Position numbers and translations under genes: made by a program. The notes below the pieces were generated by a model that was given only the letters and a program-made list of their open reading frames with translations, did no database searches and was not told the DNA's origin. A stretch of 60,631 nt of DNA, the filler included, from Hausera hauseri (taxonomy: Eukaryota): assembly GCA_046269625.1 (NCBI GenBank). It is 11 parts of 11 records of this genome, joined end to end, with 100 filler letters (N's around TTAATTAATTAA, not from the genome) between each part and the next. Parts side by side here need not be neighbours in the genome. Positions count along the whole stretch, not along the records: positions 21,636 to 26,790 come from JBJURY010319716.1; positions 26,891 to 31,576 come from JBJURY010475687.1; positions 31,677 to 39,044 come from JBJURY010018899.1; 8 more parts are not named here. The stretch is one strand, 5' to 3'. This document shows positions 24,601 through 39,144 of this stretch, in pieces (position 1 is the stretch's first letter; the number at the start of each line of letters is the position of its first letter).

Positions 24601-26160
24601 TCCACGACGGAGTTTCTGCGCAGCAGACAACAATACTTGCAGTCAACTATTAGATCATGTGCGGCCAGAAAATCTGAGCAGATTATGGGGATTTAACATT
24701 AGCCACGTGGAATATCCAGACAAACTTATCTGGAAAGTTGGCGAATGTGAAAATCATTTCTGTGGTACCTGAGATGTTCAACGGTTAACCACTGGCACTG
24801 AAGAGCGGTGAAGAAACTATAATGGACGTAAGAGTGAAGGACAGAGGAAGGAGCGAAAAGGCAGCTCCAGAATCGATGAGGACGTCGATGTGTAAAGCAT
24901 TGTTGGGCAGCAATGCAGCTTTTAACAGAAAAACTGCAAAGGCGGTGTTAAGATGGCCAGAAGATTCAGCGGTATTGCCTCTACCAGAATGTGCCGTGGC
25001 ATCTGGCGGCGTTGTTAAGTTTTCAGGTTTCTTGGGAAAAAGATGAGGAATGAAAAGATTGAGGAGAAGATGGAGAAAAACTGGAATTCTTTTTATATTT
25101 GCATCCTGGCACAAACGACCTAGCCTGAGATTGATATTTTGTGTAATAAATGCAAATTGTGCTGTCTACTGCATAACGTTCGTCGTAAAATCGACAGCCC
25201 AAAAGACACTTCTTTGCGTCTATGCGTAATTTTTTGTGATAAAAGCAAATTGTTTACCATCTCGAGATTTGGATCGAAGAATGCCTAGGAAGGCCACGAT
25301 TGCGCGAAACACGGGTCTCATTTCGTCGAAGCACAGATAAATCACTAAGTTGGGCTGTAATCGCAGAAATTGATTGTTGCAGTGTCGAATTTTTTCTGCA
25401 TCATTTGCAGTTGTTGTGAAAGTAAAATAATATCTTCATGTGATGACATGTGCGTGGTTGCTATAGCTATAGGCGATGTATTATTTGATTGAAGAATCTC
25501 AAAACTTTTATCATCCATTAAGGCAAGTTTTCAATTGCCAGAGTCGTCAACGACATTAAGTAGTGCCTAATTGGAGTGGGTAAAGAGGAGAGGAAATAAC
25601 GACGAAGGAGGCCTGCATTGTTGGTAGGAGTGACTTCAAGAGCGCTTAGTTGTAAAATGGAGATGTGCAGGAAGTCAGAAGGCTTTTTATTACCTACAGC
25701 ATGCTCGTTAAAATACTTTTGTATTATATTGTCGTTCGATGGATCTGTAATATGGTGCACAGACTGGTAAAGCATGTCGTACGGTGACAAAAAAATGAGA
25801 ATATCAGCAAGATTATTGATTTGCTGTTTGATATTTGCTGGGAGAAGTAACAATCTGTTGGCACGCAAAAAAGAATTGATGTCATCGGCTTTAAGCCATT
25901 GCAAATGAAACTGTAGCTATGTGCGACTTGAATTAGTTTTGTAAAGGAAGAACGCTGTACATGGAAGGTTAGGAGAGGCAGATGGATCGGGGTCCGATCC
26001 ACCCCGTAGACGAAATTGGAAAGTGAGGTGGATGACTTAAGAGAAAAAGGAAGTTGGTCATGTACGTTAAGGATAAAGCCACGATATGATAGATAAATGT
26101 CTGAGGAGTAAAGCATGACGGATAAATGTGCAGAGATTGTGTAGTCTCTATGGGTGTCAC
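21636..26160 (-). mobile_element. Decayed CsRn1-clade Ty3/Gypsy element
   Basis: Gag (KKPSDFL..LLRRYFLSSLP) with the CHCC knuckle CFYHKKLRIDAKKCLLGC (~25195-25250); LIDSGA protease; WSSPLHVV..RPCGDYRQLN and YIDD RT; RNase H; IN ending PKYVGPY. The 5' boundary is approximate. Confidence 0.88.
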
Positions 26161-26307
26161 ACTGAACGTATAGATCTGTCTATTATTGGAAAAGGCAAAC
26201 AGGGACAGCGGATGTGGTTCATGTGAGGCGGTAATGCTCGATCCCTCAGTAAAATCATTTGTTAAATGCGTCGTAAATAAAAAAAATATATACAATAATT
26301 AAATTAC

Positions 26308-26790
26308 TTTGCGTCCTTTCTGTCGGCTGAATGGATGTGTCGCAATTGTCAAGTTTGATGAAACACCTCTGGCAACTTCTCAGGAATTATACTGGAATTT
26401 TTCCTATTGGTATTTTGTTTATCCTTAAGAATCAGTGAACTGAATTCGGAAATTTCCGTTGGACTTACCTTTTTGGACAATTGTCTTAAACATACAATCA
26501 CAGCACGATGTAGCGACAAATGAGGACTGGATAGGCCATCGTACAAGTAATTAGTAAATGATGAAAGATTTATATCACAAGGATAAAACATATGAAGTCG
26601 CTGACCGCAGGAGACTGATTCAGCAATAGCATGCAACGAACAAACTGATGGTTTGTCAATGGAATTTGTGGGCCTTGTATGTCTGTTTTTGTTTTGAGTA
26701 TTGGCATTCGTTGAATGAGAATTGGATAAACGCCAGCGATTCATTTTGTGAAAACTTTACGAATCCATTTGATTCAAATAATGGACTCAT
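26308..26790 (-). CDS. HEATR5: HEATR5-like (HEAT repeat protein 5) exon, with an apparent 1-nt frameshift near 26365
   Basis: QRLHMFYPCDINLSSF..LSSPHLSLHRAVIVCLRQLSKK..EISEF matches the HEATR5A/B segment [37 protein letters not shown]. Donor gtaatt at 26307. Confidence 0.7.
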
Positions 26791-26890
26791 NNNNNNNNNN
26801 NNNNNNNNNNNNNNNNNNNNNNNNNNNNNNNNNNTTAATTAATTAANNNNNNNNNNNNNNNNNNNNNNNNNNNNNNNNNNNNNNNNNNNN

Positions 26891-29800
26891 CACGTATGAA
26901 CTCGGTGTAAGGTTTGGGTGCACGAGAGACTCTTTGTACTGAGACTTCTTAATATTTGTTTAGTCCTTTTTGTATTAATAGAGTTTGTTGACGGATATCC
27001 ATAACTTTATGTGGTCCTTGGCCAGTCCTCGTTAATTTCAATGATTCGCCTTTCTTAACAGCTGCATAATGTACCATTATGTAATCGTCAATTTTATACA
27101 TGTATGGTCGTGCTTTTTTGTTAAATTGTTTCCTATATCCGGCTTTATATTTCTCTTCAAATTTCTTTGCTTCATGTTGAAAATATTTCAGTCTCTTTAG
27201 TAAGTCCTGATATTGTTCATCCAAGTGATCACTTTTTTAAGGAGGATGATAATAATTCCGTATCTAATGGTAACAAAGGTAGTTTAACAAACATAAATTC
27301 GAACGGTGAGTGGTTTGTGCCTTTGTAGATGTAATATTGATAACAAATGCAATAGATTTTAAATGAAATTGCCAATCCTTCTGATCATGAGCAACCTTCG
27401 TTGAGAGAATACCTTGAATTTTTCGATTCATTCTTTCGACCGTGCCATTACATTGTGGGTGGTAGGATGTGGTTAAGAGATGTTTGCACTGAAATGTTCT
27501 AAAAAGTTTTTCGAAAAAGTCACTGACAAATTATGGTGCCAGATCGATCAACAATTGTTTTGACGTGCCTAACACGGCTACCACCTCATAAAAGAATGCT
27601 TCAGCAACCGTGCTAGTAGTCATGTTTTTCATGGTACTAAAACAATGTATCTAGAGTAATAATCAGCGCGTGACAGGGTGTATTAATATCCTAGATCTGA
27701 TGCTAGAAAGGGTCCAGATATATCCATGGAACAAACTTCCATCGGTTTACGTGCTTCAGGGATGCTTCCCAAAATTGGTTTTGTTCGAAATCCTCGATCA
27801 TTTCGTGTGGCACAAATTTTATATGAGCGTACCCATCCCTTGATATGTTTACTCATTTGAGGCCAGTAGTATTTAGCGGTTATACGTTTTAGCGCTTTGT
27901 TTAAGGATGAGTGACTAGCTAAATTCGAGTTGTGTTCCTGTAACATAACGGCTTTAATAGCTAGTGAAGGTACGATCGTTAGCTTTCGTTCGCCAACTTT
28001 TAGTTTTAAGATTCCATTTTCTATTTATAATTTCTCCTTTCACTTTTCATAAAATTTTTGGATATGGCTTGGTATGTGACTAGCTGAATGTCCATTGATT
28101 AGCTATTTAATTTGAGCAACAAATATATCCTGATTCTGTAAGGCTTTGATATTTCGAACCCGAGTATGTCGTTGTTCCTGTAACATTTCCTTAATGATTT
28201 TCTCTTATAATTCTTTAACTGCCTTGTCATCTTGAAGTTTATAAATTGCAGCTACTATTTGTTCGTAAGATAATCTGGAGATCGCATCTGCGTCTGTATT
28301 TTCTTTTCCAGGTTGACATATATATACTCGACATCGTAGTTTAAGAGCCCTAACTTCCATCTTTGGAGTCAACTTGATACATATCGGTTATCTGAGCGTA
28401 ATGAAAGTAAAGCCTTATGATTTTTAAAGACTACAAATTTATGTCCGTACACGTAATATTTATAATGTTTTAATCAGTCTCGTATTGCTAATAGTTCTAA
28501 TTCCGTAGTGGAGTACGTTCTTTCTGTATTATTTAGACTTTATCCACCATACGCAACTACTTGTTCACTCGTTTCATCCGGATACTGTTGAGCTAAAATA
28601 TAGCTGATTGCTTTGATACTGTCACCAGTTTTGAGAATAAATGGGAGTGAGAAATCTGCATATCTCAGTGTAGGTTCGGAAAATAGACGTCGTTTTATTT
28701 CGTCGAGCGCTTCCTAATTTTATTCAGTCCATTCCAATTTTTGATCTTTTTTGAACATTCTATATTGTGGTTGATTAATTTCCTCAAAGTTTTCGCTGAA
28801 GGTCGCATAAAATCCTCCGCGTCCTAACCTAAGTTTCATTTCATGCACGTTCGTTGGTGGAGGATATATTAATATCTTAGATATCAGGTCGGAACTAGTT
28901 GATATACCTAGGTTTGAAACTATAAATCCAAGATATCAAACATCTTTTTGCACCATTCACACTTCTTAAGATTCTACTTTAATTTGGTGATCCTGATACG
29001 ATCGAATACTTTTCTCAACTCTAATAAGTGTGCAGACCATGTTGTAGAAGCAATTAAAATATCATCAATATATTATAGACCACGTACTCCTTTTAGAAAT
29101 GGGCAAATAAATTCCTGAAAACATGTTGGTGCGGTTTTTAATCCAAATGGCATACGTGGAAACTGGTAAACTCCGGTATGTGTTTAAATGCTGTTTTTCA
29201 TCGATCAGCTTCCGCTACAGGAATTTCCCAAAATCCACTTTGTAAATTCAATGGGGTAAAATATTTGCAGTCTTTTAATTCATCTATAATATCTAAGATT
29301 CTCGGTATGGGCTAAGCATAATTTGCTAAGTGCTTATTCAATGTGACGTAATTTACACACAATCGGTGTTTAGTGGTATTGGCTTTTTGCCATCACAATG
29401 GGGGATGGCCATGGTGATTGACTAGGTTCTATAATGCCTTTATCTAACATTGTTTGTATCTGCTCCTCGACTGCCTTTTGAAGTGTTTTTGGTGGCGGAT
29501 TCCATTTTGGTATAGGTTGCCATAATAAATCTGTTTCTTTTCCAGTCTGAGGGTCGATTATATCCTATATTTGTTTCATCTTTGGCAAATATGTCAATAT
29601 ATTCAAAAATAAGTTCAGAAAAGTTTTCCAAATATTCATCTGATAAATTTTTCTTCGCTTTAGCGAGAACAACATCCAGTGTATCATTTTCCTTTTCTAT
29701 ATCATTGGCGACTACTGCGATTTTGCCATCATATTCTTCGTGACGAATAGTTTCATGTGCCAGACTCAGTTTCATTTTCACAAACAATGTGAAACATTTA

Positions 29801-31576
29801 GGAGATGAATTTAAAACTTCGATGGAAATTGTTCCTACGGTAGCGTTGACACAACGAGGCGATATAAGCTCATTTTGAAAGATTCTTGGTATAAAAACGT
29901 CTATACAGTTATCTGTAAATATACTTCTGGCCTGTATAACCACCATGGAATTATGTGGTATTTTCTCCTTATGTCCTTTCAGAATGTTTGCTTTATCATA
30001 GTTAATTGGAATATCTTCGTTTCTAGGACAGATCGATTCTGATTGTAAGTTTATCTGAAATCCATTGAATTTTCTCAGTACATTTATATTTAAGAATTAT
30101 CGGGATTCTAAAGTTGTCACTACATCCAAAGTCACTTTAATCCTTTGACCGCAGTTCGGGTTTACATTTACAATTTCCATAAGGTTTAGTGCATTGCTGA
30201 AATACTGAAGTAGTACCTGCGCAATCATTTGAGGCTAATTTTATTTGATACTGAAATTCGTCTGGTATTGCGTGTTTCGCTATAAGAGAGACGCTGGCTC
30301 CCGTGTCATTCATCACATTTAGAATAAACGTGCTAAAGTGAACTGTTGTAGGCGGCCGATTATCTCTTATTAATTCAAGAAGGGTTAGTACGTCATGATC
30401 ATCTATGTATGTGGCTCCATCAAGTATAGCTAGCTGCACAATAATTTATTATTCCATTGTATAATATAACTGTCAAGCTGTCAAAAGATTGTGTATAATT
30501 TTCCGGCTCTTTCGATTGTTATTTGAGTTCGGTTAAACCTGGATAACAACTTATGCGTTTTGCTTTATTTTGTTGTGAATTATGAGGTTCGGTTGTTTAA
30601 GTCAGATAATTTGACTTTGACTTTCTAGTTGTGATTCAATATTATGACTGTCAGATGATTTATTTACCATTAATCGGTGGTGAGGTATATGTGGAATCAC
30701 ACCTAATTTAGGAGACATTGGCAAAGATGCTCGATTTTTTTCCATATTGTGCGTGTTAATAGATTGAAGTATTTCTTCTTGGGAATATCTTGGTATACTG
30801 CGTAACATCCTATACTCTCTTGGCATACGGATCTTTCAAGTTTGATAAACGGGGTAATTTACTAATCGGAATTGTTTTACTCTCATAAGGTACATCAGGT
30901 TTGTTATGATTGTTCTATAATTTGTTTTTTGTTATGGCAAATAATTTTTTCTTAGGAATTCCAGGTTTCGGATAATTTCCTGGTACATTATTGTTTTGAT
31001 GCATTTGTCCATATTCTTTCTTCCCGTTTCTTTTTCGGTATCCGATAAATGGAAGATCAGTTATCTTGACTGGGCGAAGTAGCCTTTTCTTTGTCATAAT
31101 CTTTTTTTGTCCATGTGTATACTGCAACTTGTGGATTTACTGGTAAACATTCGAGCATAAATTCGTCTACCTTGGAGAGTTGTTCACCGAGTAGAAATAT
31201 ATTTTTAGCTTTGGTTCGAGCTTCAATTATTACTGATTCGGAAATACTTTTGACCTGTGCCGGTTCTGTATCCTCAAAAATTTCTTGTCACTGAGGCAAA
31301 TTTTAACTTGTGTCAATATTATATTCGAAAAATTCGATCGACATCGGTATCTATTTTCTCAAGAATATTTCTTTCATCTGGAGTTAACTGGAGATTTTTT
31401 TCAAAAATTCTTCCGAGGTTTCGTAAGTTTTGTACATAACAGGGCTGGATTTCTTTTCAGTATTCATTGGTAACTCGTGTGTTGGAGTTCGACATGAACT
31501 AGCGTAATGTCCTACTTTGTTACATGGAAAGCATGTAGGCATACGCTCGATTTTATTTAAATCTTGTCTACTATCT
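26891..31576 (-). mobile_element. Heavily decayed Gypsy element (gag knuckle, PR, RT, RH, IN), related to the A/D/I/J family
   Basis: CFPCNKVGHYASSC at 31492-31533; VMNDTGAS protease; YIDD RT near 29070; IN C-terminus KKGESLKLTRTGQGP. Confidence 0.9.
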
Positions 31577-31676
31577 NNNNNNNNNNNNNNNNNNNNNNNN
31601 NNNNNNNNNNNNNNNNNNNNTTAATTAATTAANNNNNNNNNNNNNNNNNNNNNNNNNNNNNNNNNNNNNNNNNNNN

Positions 31677-34600
31677 ACACCACAATAAGGCCACATTGCT
31701 TTCGTTCTCGGGGTGGGAATAGTGAATCCGTAATAAGGTCACAATGCCACACCACAATAAGGCCACATTGCTCTAGTTCTCGGGGTGGTAATAGTGAATC
31801 CGTAATAAGGTCACAATGCCTTTGTTCTGGGGGTAAGAAGAGTGAAACCACAATAAGGCCACATTGCTTTTGTTCTCGGGGTGGTAATAGTGAATCCGTA
31901 ATAAGGCCACAATGCTTTTGTTCTCGGGGTGGGAAGAGTGAAACCGTAATAAGGCCAATATGATTTGTGCACAGGGTGGCAATAGTGAAACAGTAAAAAA
32001 GAAACAATGCTTTTCTTCTCAGGAATGGATTAATGAAACCACAATAAGGCCACAATGCTTTTGTTCTCGGGGAGCGAATAGTGAAACCACAATAAGGCCA
32101 CATTACTTTTGTTCTCGGGGTGGGAAGAGTGAAACCACAATAAGGCCACATTACTTTTGTTCTCGGGGTGGGAATAGTGAATCGGTAATAACGTCACAAT
32201 GCCTTTGTTCTCGGGGTGGGAATAGTGAAACCATAATAAGGCCACAGTTCTTTGTTCTCGGGGAGCGAATAGTGAAACCACAATAAGGCCACATTGCTTT
32301 CGTTCTCGGGGTGGGAATAGTGAAACCACAATAAGGCCACATTACTTTTGTTCTCGGACTGGGAACAGGGAATCGGAAATAAGGTCACAATGCCTTTGTT
32401 CTCAGGGTGGGAAGAGTGAAACCACAATAAGGCCACATTGCTTTGTTCTTGGGGTGGTAATAGTGAATCCGTAATTAGGTCACAATGCCTTTTTTCTCGC
32501 GGTGGGAAGAGTGAAACCACAATAAGGCCACATAATTTTTGTTCTCGGGGTGGGAATAGGGAATCGGAAATAAGGTCACAATGCCTTTGTTCTCGGGGTG
32601 GGAAGAGTGAAACCACAATAAGGCCACATTACTTTTGTTCTCGGAGTGAGAATAGTGAATCGGTAATAACGTCACAATGCCTTTGTTCTCGGGGTGGGAA
32701 TAGTGAAACCAAAATAAGGCCACATTGCTTTCGTTCTCGGGGTGGGAATAGTGAAACCACAATAAGGCCACATAACTTTTGTTCTCGGGGTGGGAATAGG
32801 GAATCCGTAATTAGGTCATAATGCCACACCACAATAAGGCCACATTGCTTTCGTTCTCGGGGTGGGAATAGTGAATCCGTAATAAGGTCACAATGCCACA
32901 CCGATATAAGGCCACATTGCTCTAGTTCTCGGGGTGGGAATAGTGAATCCGTAATAAGGTCACAATGCATTTTTTCTGGGGGTAAGAAGAGTGAAACCAC
33001 AATAAGGCCGCATTGCTTTTGTTCTCGGGGTGGTAATAGTGAATCCGTAATAAGGTCACAATGCCTTTGTTCTCGAGGAGGGAATAGTGAAACCGTAATA
33101 AGGCCACAATGCTTTTGTTCTCATGGTGGGATAAATGAAACAGTAATAAGGCCAATATGATTTGTGCACAGGGTGGGAATAGTGAAACAATAAAAAAGAA
33201 ACAATGCTTTTATTCTCGGGAAGGAATTAGTTAAACCACAATAAGGTCACAATGCTTTTGTTCTTGGGGAGCGAATATTGAAACCACAATAAGGCCACAT
33301 TCCTTTTGTTCTCGGGGCGGGAATAGTGAATCGGTAATAACGTCACAATGCCTTTGTTCTCGGGAGGGAAAAGTGAAACCATAATAAGGCTACAGTTCTT
33401 TGCTTTCGGGGATAGAATAGTGAAAGCATAAGAAGGCAACAATGCTTTACTTCTCGGGGTGGAAAGAGTTAATCCATAATAAGGCCACAATGACTTGTTC
33501 TCCGGGCGGGAATAGTGAAACCATAATAAGGACGCAATGTTTTTGTTTTCGGAGTGGGAAGAGTGAATTAATAATAATGCCGCAATATCTTTGTTCTCAG
33601 GGAGTGAATAGCGAAACCATTATAAGGCCACAGTGCTTTTGATTCCGCGGTGGCAGTAGTTAAACCATAGTAAGGCCACAATGATTTGTTCTCGGTGAGG
33701 GAATATTGAAACCATAAAAGGGCCACACTGTTTTGTTCGCGGGGAAGGAATAGTGAAACAATAATAAAGAAACAATTCTTTTCTTCTGGTTCATGGATAA
33801 GTGAAACCATAATAAGGCCGCAATGCTTTTGTTATCGCGATGGGAAGAGTGAAATCATAATAAGGCCACACTGCTTTTCTTCTGGTTAATGGATAAGTGA
33901 AACCATAATAAGGCCACAATGCTTTTATTCTTGGGGTGGGAAGAGTGCAATCATAATAAGTTTACAATGTATTTGTACTATTGGTGGGAAGAGTGAAACC
34001 GTAATAAGGCCACATTGCTTTTTCCTCGGGGAGGGAATAGTGAAACCATAATGAGGCCACCGTTCTTTGTTCTCGGAGATAGAATAGTGCTTTTGTTCTC
34101 AAAGTGGGAATATCGAATCAGTAACAAGGCCACAATGCTTTTGTTCTCGGGGTGGGAAAAGTGAGACAATAATAAGGCCACAATGCTTTTTTTCTCGGGG
34201 TGGGAATAACGAATCGGTAACAAGGCCACCATGTTTTTGTTCTCGTGTTGGGAAGAGCGAAACCATAATAAGGCCACAGTTCATTTATTCTCGGGTCGGG
34301 AATAGCGAATCAATAACGAGGGCACAATGTTTTTAATCTCAGGGTGGGAACAGTGAATCCGTACGAAGGTCACAATGCTTTTGTTCTCGGTGTGGGAACA
34401 GTGTAACCGTAAGAAGGTCACAGTGCTCTTGTTCTTGGGGTTGGAATAGTGAAACCATAATTAGGCCACAACGATTTGTTCTCGGGGTGGTAATAGTGAA
34501 ACCATAATATGGCCACAGTGTTTTTATTTTCGAGGTGTAAATAATGATACCATGAAAATTCCACAATGCTTTACTTCTCGGGGTAGGAACAGTAAATCCA

Positions 34601-37600
34601 ACATAAGGTCACAATAATTTATTCTCGGGGTGGGAATAGTGAAACAATAATAAACCCACAATGCTTTTGTTCTTGGGATGGGAATAGCAAAACCATAATA
34701 AAAAATGCTTTTCTTCTCGGAAAGGGATAAGTGAAACCATAATAAGGCCACAATGCTTTTTTTCTCGAGGTGGGAATAGCGAAACCATAATAAGGCAACA
34801 ATGCTTTGTTCTCACGGTGGGAAGAGTGTAACCATAAATAGGCCACAAATTTTTGTTCGCCGGGTGGGAAAAGTGAGCCAATAATAGGGCCACAATGCTT
34901 TTTTTCTCGGGGTGGAAATAACGAATCGGTAACAAGGCCACCATGTTTTTGTTCTCGTGTTGGGAAGAGCGAAACCATAATAAGGCTACAGTGCATTTAT
35001 TCTCGGGTCGGGAATAGCGAATCAATAACGAGGGCACAATGTTTTTAATTTCAGAGTGGGAACAGTGAATCCGTAAGAAGGTCACAATGCTTTTGTTCTC
35101 GGTGTGGGAACAGTGTAACCGTAAGAAGGTCACAGTGCTCTTGTTCTCGGGGTTGGAATAGTGAAACCATAATTAGGCCACAGTTCTGTGTTCTCGGAGA
35201 TAGACTAGTGAAAGAATAATAAGGCCACAATGCTTTTATTCTTGATGTTGGAATATTTAAGCCATAATAAGGCCACAATTTTTTTTTCGGGGTGATAACA
35301 GTGAAATAACAATAAGGCAACAATGCATTTGTTCTCGGGGTGGGAAGAGTGAAACCGTAATAAGTCCACATTGATTTTGTTCTGGGCAGGGAATGGTGAA
35401 ACCATAAAAATGCCAAATTGCACTTATTCTCGGGGTGGGAATAGCGAAGCACTAATAAGGCCACAATTTTTTTTTCTCACGGTGGGAAGAGTGATACCAT
35501 AAAAAGGCCACAGCGCTTTTGTTCGCGGGAAGTGAATAGTAAAACCAAAATAATTCTACAATAATTTTTCTCGGGGTGGGAATAGTAAAACAATAAAAAA
35601 GCCACAATGCATTTGTTTTTGAGATGGGAATAGCAAAACCACAATAAACAAAAAATGCTTTTCTTCTCGGAAAGGGATAAGTGCAACCATGAAAAGGCCA
35701 CAATTTTTCTGTTCTCGGGGCGAGAATAGCGAAACAATAATGAGGCCACAGTGCTTTGTTCTCAGGGTGAGAAGAGTAAGACCATAATAAGGCCACAGCG
35801 CATTAGTTCGTGGGAAGTAAATAGTGAAACGAAAATAAGGCAACAATGATTTGTTCTCAGGATGGGAATAGTGAAACCATATTAAAGGAACAATGATTTT
35901 CTTCCCAGGAAGGGATTATTGAAACCATAATACGGCCACAGTGCGTTAACTCTCGGGGTGGCAATAATGAAACCATAAATAGCCCACAATGCTTTTGTTC
36001 TCCTGGTGGGAACAGTAAAACCGTAAGAATGTCACAGTGCTTTGTTCTTCGGGAAGGAATAGTGAAACCATAATAAGTCCTCAATGCTTTTCTTTTCGGG
36101 GTGGGAAAAGTAAAACCATAATAAGTCCACAATGATTTGTTCTAAGGGAGGGAACAGTGAAACCAAAATAGGGCCACAATGCTTTCATTCTCGGTGTGTG
36201 AATAGTGAAGCAATAGTAAGACCACAATACTTTTGTTCTCGGCGTGAGAATAGAGAAACCAAAATAAGGCCACAATATATTTGTTCGCGGGGTGGGAAGA
36301 GTGAAACCATATTATGGCCACAGTGCATTTATTCTCGGGGTGGGAATAATGAAACCATATAAATTCTACAATGCTTTTCTTCTAGGGGTGGGAAGAGGAA
36401 AACCAACATAAGGTCACAATGATTTGTTCTCGGGGTGGGAAAAGTGAGCCAATAATAGGGCCACAATGCTTTTGTTCTCAAAGTGGGAATATCGAATCAG
36501 TAACAAGGCCACAATGCTTTTGTTCTCGGGGTGGGAAAAGTGAGACAATAATAAGGCCACAATGCTTTTTTTCTCGGGGTGGGAATAACGAATCGGTAAC
36601 AAGGCCACCATGTTTTTGTTCTCGTGTTGGGAAGAGCGAAACCATAATAAGGCCACAGTTCATTTATTCTCGGGTCGGGAATAGCGAATCAATAACGAGG
36701 GCACAATGTTTTTAATCTCAGGGTGGGAACAGTGAATCCGTACGAAGGTCACAATGCTTTTGTTCTCGGTGTGGGAACAGTGTAACCGTAAGAAGGTCAC
36801 AGTGCTCTTGTTCTTGGGGTTGGAATAGTGAAACCATAATTAGGCCACAACGATTTGTTCTCGGGGTGGTAATAGTGAAACCATAATATGGCCACAGTGT
36901 TTTTATTTTCGAGGTGTAAATAATGATACCATGAAAATTCCACAATGCTTTACTTCTCGGGGTAGGAACAGTAAATCCAACATAAGGTCACAATAATTTA
37001 TTCTCGGGGTGGGAATAGTGAAACAATAATAAACCCACAATGCTTTTGTTCTTGGGATGGGAATAGCAAAACCATAATAAAAAATGCTTTTCTTCTCGGA
37101 AAGGGATAAGTGAAACCATAATAAGGCCACAATGCTTTTTTTCTCGAGGTGGGAATAGCGAAACCATAATAAGGCAACAATGCTTTGTTCTCACGGTGGG
37201 AAGAGTGTAACCATAAATAGGCCACAAATTATTGTTCGCCGGGTGGAAAAAGTGAGACAATAATAAAGCCACAATGCTTTTGTTCGCGGGAAGTGAATAG
37301 TGAAATAAACATAAGGCCACAATGCTTTGTTCTCGGGGTGGGAATAGTGAAACCGTAATAAAAGAACAATGCCTTTCTTCTCCGGATGGGATTAGTGAAA
37401 CCATAGTAAGGCCACAGTGTGTTTATTTTCCGGTTGGGAATAATGAAACAATAAAAAGTCCTCAATGCCTTTTTTCTTGGGGTGGGAACAGTGAAACCGT
37501 AAGAAGGTCACAGTGCTTTTTTCCCACGGGAGGAAATAGTGAAACCATAACTAAACTGCAGTGATTTGTTCTCAGGGTGGGAATAGTGATATATAATAAA

Positions 37601-39044
37601 AAACAATGCTTTTCCACTCGGAAGCGGATTAGTTAATCCATAATACGGCCACAAACATTTGTTCTCGTGGTGGAAAAAGTGAGACAATAATAAGGCCACA
37701 ATGCTTTTGTTCTCGGGAAGTGAATAGTGAAATAAACATAAGGCCACAATGCTTTGTTCTCGGGGTGGGATTGGTGAAACCGTAATAAAGGAACAATGCC
37801 TTTCTTCTCCGGATGGGATTAGTGAAACCATAGTAAGGCCAGAGTGTGTTTATTCTCCGGGTGGGAATAATGAAACAATAAAAAATCATCAGTGCCTTTG
37901 TTCTCGGGGTGGGAACAGTGCAACCGTAAGAAGGTCACAGTGCTTTTGTTCGCGGTGTGGGAACAGTGAAACCGTAAGAAGGTCACAGGGCCTTTGTGCT
38001 CGGGGAAGGAATAGTGAATCCATAATTTAGCAAGAAGGATTTGTTCTCGGGGTGGGAATAGTAACCCACAAAAAAGAAACAATGCTTTTTTACTCGGAAA
38101 CGGATTAGTAAAACCATAATGCGGCCACAGTGCTTTTATTTTCGGGGTGGGAATAAAGAAACCATAAAAAGTCCACAATGCTTTTGTTCTTGGGGTGAGA
38201 ATAGTGAAACGATAAAAAGGCCACAATGATTTGTTCTCTGGGTGGGAAGAGTGAATCCGTAATAAGGCCACACTGCATTTGTTCTAGGGGAAGGAATGGT
38301 GAAATCATAGTAAGGCCAAAGTGCTTTTATTCTCGGCGTGGGAATAAAGAAACTATGATAAGACCACAATGTTTTTGTTCTCGGTGTGGGAAAAGTGAGA
38401 CAAAAATAATGCCACAGTGCATTTATTCTCTGGGTGGGAATAGCGAATCAGTAACAAGGCCACAATGTTTTTGTTCTCGGGGTGCGAATAGTGAAAACAT
38501 AATAAGGCCACAATGGTTTTATTATCGGTGTGGGAATAGTTAAACCATAATAAAGCCACGATTTTTTTTCTCGGGGTGATAATATTAAAACAATAATAAG
38601 GCAACAATGCATTTATTCTCGGGGTGGGAATAGTGAAACAACAATAAAGCACAATGCTTTTTTCTACGGATTGGAATAGCAAAACCATAATAAACAAAAA
38701 ATGCTTTTCTTCTCGGAAGGGGATAAGTGAAACCAAAATAAGCTCACAGTGCTTTCTTTCGGGGTGAGAATAGCAAAACCATAATAAGGCCACAGAGCTT
38801 TTCTTCTCGGCGAGGGAATAGTGACACTATAATAAGGCCACAGTTCTTTGTTTTCGGGGATAGAATAGTGAAACCATAATAAGGCCACGGTACTTGTGTT
38901 TTACGGGGAGGAAATAGTGAAACCATGATAAGGCCACAATGATTTGCTCTTGGGGTGGGAATAGCGAAAAGATGATAAGGCCACAAATTTTTGTTCTCGG
39001 GGTGGATAAAGTGAGACAATAATAAGGACACAATTTTTTTATTC
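31677..39044. repeat. Satellite array of a ~48-bp monomer (~150 copies)
   Basis: Consensus ATAAGGCCACAATGCTTTTGTTCTCGGGGTGGGAATAGTGAAACCATA fills the whole contig. Confidence 0.97.
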
Positions 39045-39144
39045 NNNNNNNNNNNNNNNNNNNNNNNNNNNNNNNNNNNNNNNNNNNNTTAATTAATTAA
39101 NNNNNNNNNNNNNNNNNNNNNNNNNNNNNNNNNNNNNNNNNNNN

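Noticed and set aside
31677-39044. CRISPR array or repeat-protein gene
   Set aside because: There are no unique spacers. The many Cys/His-containing ORFs on both strands arise because the 48-bp monomer is a multiple of 3, and indels break frames freely.
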